From positions 19,468,001 through 19,532,000 of the forward strand of contig NC_043005.1 in NCBI RefSeq assembly GCF_006345805.1: 64,000 nucleotides of DNA, given 5' to 3'. This stretch comes from Octopus sinensis. Its lineage: Eukaryota. Below, in pieces: positions 56,297 through 64,000 of this stretch. Numbering within the stretch: position 1 is the stretch's first letter; the number at the start of each line of letters is the position of its first letter. The position numbers were made by a program, and so were the translations under genes. The notes beneath the pieces were generated by a model. That model saw nothing but the letters and a program-made list of their open reading frames with translations, was not told the DNA's origin and did no database searches.

Positions 56297-56669
56297 GGCG
56301 TAGGAGTGGCTGTGTGGTAAGTAGCTTGCTTACGAACCACTTGGTTCCGGGTTCAGTCCCACTGCATGCCACCTTGGGCTAGACGGAAACTGAGAGAAGC
56401 CCGTCGTATATATGTATATATATGTGTGTGTTTGTATGTGTGTATGTGCGTGCATATGTTTGTGTGTCCGTGTTTGTCTCCCCAACATCGCTTGACAAGC
56501 GATGCTGGTGTGTTTACGTCCCCTAACTTAGCGGTTCGGCAAAAGTGACCGATAGAATAAGTACTAGGTTTACAAAGAATAAAATCCTTGGAGTCGATTT
56601 GCTCGAATACAGGCCGTTCTCCAGCATGGTCACAGTCAAATGACTGAAACAAGTAAAAGAATAAAAGAG
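56297..56669 (+). mobile_element. CORE-like SINE family B (internal deletion)
   Basis: ggcgtaggagtggctgtgtggtaag head; tail ccagcatggtcacagtcaaatgactgaaac. Confidence 0.9.
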
Positions 56670-57849
56670 TCTGAAAAACTTCACACATCATAAAATCTGG
56701 AAACACAAATATAACTGTATCCAAAAGAAAAAAAAAGTCGGGGCAAATGTTGCTCTAAGTTAGGCCAACTATGTTTAACAAAACAACATATTTCTATATA
56801 TTTTAGAGATTTGCAACGCCGGGTACGTCTGCCAGTTGAAATATATAACTAAGCGAATGTTTGTTTGTATTAATTCTTTTTTGCATAAACAATTGTATAC
56901 ATATACTAATATAGACACGCGCAAGTACACGAGTTCGAAAATACGTTTACACACATACGATGAATAACTCACTAGCATACAAGCTACACTTGCTGACAAA
57001 CGCATGAGAATACGTTGATACACAGGAACGGAGATACGTTTGTAACACACACAACCACGCAAATATTGTTTTATAGCCTTCAGCAGGATTTGATCGCCAA
57101 TCGTGAATGTCATGAAGCCTTCCGTAAGAATGATTTCTTAATAACACGCCAAGGTTACAAAAGCGTAGGAAAGAGTGATAGCATTTGTAATGGTGGTGAT
57201 GGTGGTGGTGGTGGTGGTGGCGTATTTGCTGTTGTTTTTGGTGGTAGTTGCTTTGGAAAAGTTAATCAGTTTTTTTCTTTTCTAATTAGAATTTATTAAC
57301 TTTTATTATAAGTAGAGAATAAAGAGTTTTGAAGTGAAGCCGTGTGGTCTAGTAGTTAGAGTGTTCGGTTCCATATCATAAGGACACTAGTTCCTATTTC
57401 TGGCCTGGTGCTGTGTTGCTTCTTTCAGCAAACTAATGTAATGTGTACCATCCGAGTGCTGGTGCACCTCTTCTTCTATCGATCTGTCGTATCCTGGGTG
57501 TTTTTGGTGGATCACGAGTTAGCCAGTCGAGAATGTATGCCTGCTAAGAAAGCATAGGAACTTAAAACAATTAGGGGAAAACTTGCTAAATATTACAAAA
57601 TGATTCTCGCTTGCGATCTATGGCTGACTGTACACACAATATATTTCAAATGTGTAATTTATAATGGTTTTCTTGGGGATTCTCGACTCTTGGTGCAGTC
57701 GTAAGAGACGCTGTCGTGACACCATGCGGCGTGTCTTGAGCATTTCGAAACCTGGCAAAGTTCATCTTTTCCAGGTTTGATTCCAACTGATTTCTATTCA
57801 GTAAAAGAAAGAAAGCAGAGAAGAATCATGCTACCACCGCTAGTTCTGA

Positions 57850-57980
57850 ACTGGTACTTTACTCATCAACCTCGAAAAGGTTGAAACGCAAAATTAACCT
57901 CGGCGTGATTTGAACTCCGAACGAATGCCATAAGGCATTATGTCCGACGCTTTAGCAACCTTGACAATTCGCCGCCAAGT
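57850..57980 (-). mobile_element. SINE family A, decayed
   Basis: ctggtactttactcatcaacctcgaaaagg..aacctcggcgtgatttgaactc. Confidence 0.65.
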
Positions 57981-58283
57981 TCTTTGTTAGAAAGAGAATT
58001 GACAGATTGGTGAGCACATCAGTCAGAATGCTTTACAGGAATAAACCATGTCCCTGAGTTCCCAGTTCAAATCTTTCTCATGTCGGCTTTCACAGTCATT
58101 CTTTAAAGGACAATGTAATCGACTGTTTTCTTCGCTCATTCAATTACCCTTAAATAATCCGTGAAAATGCCCCGTTTTTGATATATTTTTCATTAGCAAA
58201 ACCAAGAATCAGATTCTATTTATCGGTTTTAGTACAGAAGATATATAAGATATATATGCATGGATGTATCTGTAGGTACTTAT

Positions 58284-58314
<31 letters not shown>

Positions 58315-58562
58315 GCATAATGTGTGTGTGTGCGTGTGTGTGTGTGTATATATACATATACATATATATATATACATATATATATACATATACATATACA
58401 TATATACATATACATATATACACACACATATATACATACACATATATACATACACATATATACATACACATATATACATATACATATATATATACATATA
58501 TATATACACACATATATACACACATATATATATATACATATATACACACACATATATATATA

Positions 58563-58606
<44 letters not shown>

Positions 58607-58616
58607 ACACACACAC

Positions 58617-58659
<43 letters not shown>

Positions 58660-58974
58660 GACAGACATCCACACATGCACATCCACACACGTTAGTAAAG
58701 AGCTGAAAGAAACAATGGCATCACCAAAGAGGCAGGTAGTAAATGTTTTAATGGAATTTTCATTAAATTTTTAGCACCATTGTTTTCATGCTGACGAGTT
58801 GGCAGATTGGTAAGTGATTATCCACTTGAAACTCTGACGTTCCGCCATTAACGTTGACATTCTCTGCATAAGACCTCGGTACTAGAAATCTAATGCAAGT
58901 TCCATTAATTAAAGTGTATATATGTGTGTATATATATATATAAATATAGTAGTAGTAGTAGTAGTAGTAGTAAG

Positions 58975-59390
58975 TTAAGTTAATTTTTTGGCTCAAAAAG
59001 CAAAAAGCAAGGCCATGTAGGGGGATATGGAGTTATGTACAGGGAGGGTGTTCATACAAAGAGTTCAGGCCATTTCTGGTCAAGAGAGACTTTGAACTGA
59101 ACGGTCGTCGGCATCTTCACTATCTCGTCCGGCAGCTTATTCCACGGATCTCCGCAACCCGGGCGGAGAAAGCCCCTCTCCTTCGATTGAGATGAAATCG
59201 TCGCAAACAGAGCTTTTCGGAGTGACCCCGCAGCCGACGCTCTTGAGCAGGAGTGGAAAACAGCTCTTTCGAGAGGTTACACTTTCCGCTTATGATGTTG
59301 TGAGCAAGAATGAGATCACCACGGCGTCGTCGTTTTTCTAGAGAATAAAGGTCGAGCATCTTCAGCCTTTCTTCATAAAACAAATGCCTG
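58975..59390 (-). mobile_element. 3' end of a CR1-type LINE with (TAC)n tail
   Basis: YEERLKMLDLYSLEKRRRRGDLI..LRGHSEKL..FSARV..WNKLP. Confidence 0.85.
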
Positions 59391-59505
59391 AGACCAAGAA
59401 CCATGCGGGTAGCCAGCTTCTGGACTCTTTCGGTAGTAGTAGTAGTAGCAGCAGCAGCGGCAGCAGTAGTAGTAGTAGTAGGAGGAGGAGGAGGAGGAGG
59501 AGTAC

Positions 59506-59536
<31 letters not shown>

Positions 59537-60794
59537 TGTAGTAGCAGCAGCAGTAGTAACATTACTTATATAGTTGGTACTTATTGTCGCGTGTTATCCT
59601 AGTTCAAATCATGTCCGGTTGACTTCGGTGTAGGTTAAAAAAAGAAAACTACCTGTAATATACTGCTATTGATTTACCTGTTTCCAGTGTCCTACCTAAC
59701 ATGTTCAACCATGTGTCAATAATTATTTCAAGCATAAACCACTGATTTCCATAATTATTAAGGAAAAAGCCTAATCAGTTAAATTGAATTCGCTAAGCCA
59801 GACACACACCTGTACGCCTATATATATGTTTATGCCCAAGAGCATAGACTCCTACTTCTTAATCTTAATGTAATCTTTCTTTGACAGTTTCATTCACTTT
59901 CTTATTTGATTCTGTGTATTTAATTTATGGCGTCTATGTGTGCATGTGTTCATGAATGGGAGTGCACACCCCTCCCCGTTAACCTAAATATCATTTTTCT
60001 TTGAGTAGTTGTACTCAGTATTTTATGATTGTATGATTTTAATTTTGTTATAAACTCACGTACAATTGTAGCCAGTCATATCCAAAATACAGCAGGCAAG
60101 GCACAACCTGCCTACGTCATCTCAATATATCTAGAGGGATGTCTCCTTCTTAATACCTGGTGTGACACTAACTGCACAGATTGATGCAACACAGTTAGGT
60201 GCACAATATCCTACCCATAACGGACTGCTTCAGGATGGGTCGAAACGATCATCGTGCCTAATAAAGACCAGTGCTAAATCTCTCTTCTGTTTCCTTCATC
60301 ACTTATTATATCAACTAACTCTGAGGAATTCCTAACGTAGACCGAAAGAAAATATACTCCAGCCATGGATGACACCAAGTAGCCCAAACTGTGAACGTGC
60401 TTTACTCAACACACTAATTGATATATGCACTCTGTTTGGTCACAGACACACACACACACATACACATGTACATACACAACCTGAACAAGCACACATCAAC
60501 TGCTGCTACACACACCACACACACACATACGTTAGACTCACTCGCCCCCATTCACACATACACACACACGCGCTTGCGCAACTTAGTTCGTTGGGGTCAC
60601 CATTGCCGTTATTAATATTATCATCATCATCATTACTATTATTATTATTATTATCATCACCCTTTTTTCCCAGTCGTCTTGCCATGTTAAAACGTTGAAC
60701 TCTGCACATTTGTGTCCTCTCCGATTTCGCCCGGCGTGCTAACGCTTCTGCCAGTTCGCCGCCTTGCAAGAAAATCTGCCGTTCGGAAACGTTC

Positions 60795-61055
60795 GGAGAC
60801 TTGCGCATGCGCGGTTGGTCAATGACTCGCGCATGCACAGTCGGGCAACCACTAACAATTTTAGTAATGATAATAAAAATTCTAGTATACTGCAGACTAA
60901 TTAATACACAATAAATATAAGTATGCGTTTGGCAATAGAGATACCGCTTCCGTCGGCCACCAACGCAAGCGCAGTCGGCGGAACACATGCACATGCGCAG
61001 TCGGTCGGAACAAGCGCATGCGCAGTCGGTCGGACACACGCGCATGCGCAGTCGA
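60795..61055. promoter_or_regulatory. CpG-rich patch with repeated GCGCATGCGC (NRF1-type) palindromes
   Basis: gcgcatgcgc at ~60806, ~61015, ~61040 plus variants; ~26-bp tandem gcgcatgcgcagtcggtcggaaca; function not shown. Confidence 0.35.
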
Positions 61056-61077
61056 TAAGTTTGGAACATATGTTTGA

Positions 61078-61405
61078 AACTTTTGTCCACTAGTTTTCAG
61101 GCATATGATTCAAACTCTTGTACACCAAATTTCAGGCACGTGCTCCAAAATTTTATCCACTAATTTTCTGACATGTGTTCCTTACTTTTGTCTAACACTT
61201 TTCAGACATGCGTTCCATTCTTTTGTCCACTAATTTTCAGACATGTTCTCCTAACTTTTCTCCACTAATTTGCAAATATGTTTTCCTTACATTTGTCCAC
61301 TAATATACACATAAGGAACACATGTCCTTACTTTTGTCCACTAATTTTCAGAGATATTTTCCCTCCTTTTGTCCACTAATTATCAGACATGTGTTCCTTA
61401 CTTAT
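61078..61405 (+). repeat. 35-bp minisatellite, ~9 diverged units
   Basis: Consensus cttttgtccactaattttcagacatgtgttcctta. Confidence 0.9.
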
Positions 61406-62929
61406 GTGTATATGTATGTGTAAATGTATGTATATATGCTTTTATATATGATAGCCTTCCACACAGTTTCCACTTACTAAATTCACTCACAGGGCATTAG
61501 TTGATCCGGGGTTACAGTAGAACAGATTTTCTCAATGTGCACCTTGAATTCGAAACCACGTGGTTGCAGAGTGAGCTTCTTATCTGGCGGCGCTGAGCAA
61601 TGCCACTCAGTTAATGTTTCGCTGAGATGGTATTCAACCGAAACGCTAACACTCAGGAGTTGTCGTCAGCAGACTGTGCAAGATCAGATTCCTTTCTCAC
61701 GCTATTCTATATTTAATCTTAATTAATGAAAATTACTTTACTTAATTTGTATGAATGACAACATAAATCAACTCATATGACTGGGGAGCGTTCAGTGAAT
61801 GTCAAAGTGACAAATTACAGCACACGTGACCGCAACAACAACAACAACAACTAATATCTAAATTCTAAAACAAATCTCTTAATTCATTCCTTTTATTTGT
61901 CTTTTTGGATTTCATAATAGACTAATGAACCAATTAACTAATTGTTATTCATTGATATTTAAATAATGGATCAACAAAACAAAAGTAATGTATAATAACC
62001 ACATTGACGTTTAATGTAAATCAAGAAAAGCTTGTTCGAAAATAGAGTTCTTAAAATTCGATAATGAAACAAAATTTCTATATTACTGATATGGCCTTCT
62101 ACTAGAGCTTCTGTTACATCCGCTGCACTTCTATTATTACAACTGCTTCTTAAGGTGATGAGCTGACAGCATTTCGTTGGCAGCACTTCGTCCGGCTCCT
62201 GGCGTTCCTGAGTTCAAATTCAACCAAGGTCGACTCTACCTTTCTTCCTTTTGGGGGTCGATGAAATAATTATCAGTCAAGTATTGGGGTCGATGCCCTT
62301 TTCCCTCAAAATTGCTGCCTTTGTGCCTATAATTTGAAACCTTTATTACAACTGCTTCTGCGATTGTTTCTGCTGTTGTCTTCTTCCAATCAGGACTCAC
62401 GCCATTAGCCCCAAAAAATATCTCTAATTCGAGCCTACTCTAAGCTACTAAGAATGCGTGTGGCAACTTGAAGATCCACCCACCACACGCGATAGAGTGG
62501 CGGTTGCACAGGCGCGAAAGCTAAATTGTTATCCTCATTCCATAAACGGTGGCTTTTTAACGGGTGGAGAGCTAAACCATCCTGGGGTACAGAAGATTCG
62601 CAAGCTAGACTAGGGTCTGAAAGTTTACCACACTATAGTGGGTTACACTATGGTTCCTCTGCCTGTGCAGGCTGCTGTTGTTGCTGTTACTACTGTTGTT
62701 GTTGCTGTTATAAAAAACCACATTACAACACACCACTTCTCAACTGCTATCACTACACTACACCACTTCATCACTGCCACCTTAATATCACAACACCATC
62801 ATTGTTGCAACATCACCACCACTTCTCTAAATTATGAAGTATACATTGGTGGAGCCCGCTCATCTTCAAGTTATACAAACAATATCTGTATTTGAACTCA
62901 GCATCGTCAGCTAACAAACAACTTGTTAC

Positions 62930-63150
62930 CATTGGTTTCAAATTTTGTTACAAAGCCAGAACTTTCAGGTGAGAGATTAAGCTGATTACATCGATCCCAG
63001 TACTCAACTGGTACTTATTTTACTGACCCCGAAAGGACGAACAGCAAAGTCGACCTCAGCGGAATTTGATTTCAGAATAGGGAAGATGGGCGAAATACCG
63101 CTAAGGTTTTTGCCTGGTTGCTAACGGTTCTGCTAGGTTGCGGCCTTGCA
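62930..63150 (-). mobile_element. SINE family A
   Basis: ttacatcgatcccagtactcaactggtactt..aaagtcgacctcagcggaatttga. Confidence 0.8.
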
Positions 63151-63159
63151 GCTTGTTAA

Positions 63160-63740
63160 TATTACAATACTGTTGTAAAGCGGCAAGCTGGCAGAACCGT
63201 TAGCACACCGGGCGAAATGCTTAGCGGTATTTCGTCTGCCGTTACGCTCTGAGTTCAAATTCCGCCGAAGTCAACTTTGCTTTTCATCCTTTCGGGGTTG
63301 ATTAAATAAGTACTAGTTATGCACTGGGGTCGATGTAATTGACTTAATCCCTTTGTCTTTGTTTGTCCCCTCCATGTTTAGCCCCCTGTGGGCAATAAAG
63401 ACATAAATACTGCAGTACTGTTGTAAAGCGGCGAGCTGTCAGAATCGTTAGCACGCCGGACAAACGGCTTAGCATCATTTCGTCTGTCTTTACGTTCTGT
63501 GTCCAAATTCCACCTAGGTCGACTTTGCCTTTCATCCTTTTGGGGTCGACAAATTAAGTACCAGTTGCATACTGATGTCGATCTAATCGACTGGCGCCTT
63601 CCCCCAAAATCTCGGGCCTTGTGCCTAGAGTAGAAAAGAAAAGAATATTACAGTGCTGTTGTAAAGCGGCGAGCTGGCAGAATCGTTAGCACGCCGGGCA
63701 AAATGGTCTTTGCGTTCTCAGTTCAAATTCTGCCGAGGTA
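63160..63740 (+). mobile_element. Three head-to-tail SINE family A copies sharing a 5' flank
   Basis: Heads at ~63178, ~63425, ~63663, each preceded by (a/g)t(a/g)ctgttgtaaagcggc. Confidence 0.85.
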
Positions 63741-64000
63741 TTATATAATTCAATTATTATATTAACTACCATTCTCTTATGTATACTTTATAAAAAAAAC
63801 AAAAGCTGGATGAAGTTTAAATACGTTGATGCTCTTTCTAACAGTATTTATGAAGGCAAGAAGCTGACGAGAAGTGAATTTGGTTATTGGGTCATGTCAC
63901 ACTCGAGTGTTTTAAGCGGTCGATGTTTCGGTAGAGTGTCGTGATACCTTTGTATGCAATAACCTCAGAGTGTAACGTATCACCCTTAGTGTGACATGTT

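Noticed and set aside
58786-58850. CTGACGA...GAAAC hammerhead candidate
   Set aside because: No stem I pairing and no convincing stem II
61078-61405. CRISPR-like periodicity
   Set aside because: Units are contiguous with no unique spacers, eukaryotic context, no cas genes
62455-62535. HDV-like ribozyme (gcgtgtgg..ccacacgc..gctaaattg)
   Set aside because: P1 and a ctaa junction are suggestive, but P3, L3 and P1.1 cannot be formed

Overview
AT-rich, microsatellite-saturated eukaryotic intergenic or intronic DNA. I infer octopus (cephalopod) from the tRNA-derived SINE families and the (TA)n/(TACA)n/(GATA)n/(AAT)n landscape; a BLAST of a unique stretch would confirm this. I can support no host protein-coding exon, rRNA, true tRNA or CRISPR array. 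Most ORF-track entries are microsatellite translations. The real coding remnants are all decayed transposons: Tx1/L1-like LINEs, CR1-group LINEs, at least six R4/Dong-like (REL endonuclease) fragments, two Penelope-like (GIY-YIG) elements, a mariner and a DD41D Tc1/mariner. The most notable signal is non-coding. About 19 minimal type I hammerhead ribozyme (HHR) motifs or their decayed and truncated copies, from several unrelated short repeat families, can be folded by eye. One has a G3-C8 swapped catalytic core, and many sit in head-to-head foldbacks like Penelope pseudo-LTRs. A second system is centred on (AAT)n arrays. A ~540-bp non-coding element (6 copies) and Dong-like LINEs sit in these arrays in the same orientation, SINE (ATT)n tails appear to seed the targets, and the arrays bound two tandem duplications. 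Two SINE/LINE 3'-tail partnerships are visible, one with a Tx1/L1-type LINE. All folds and alignments were done by eye, and element boundaries are approximate unless a motif is quoted.
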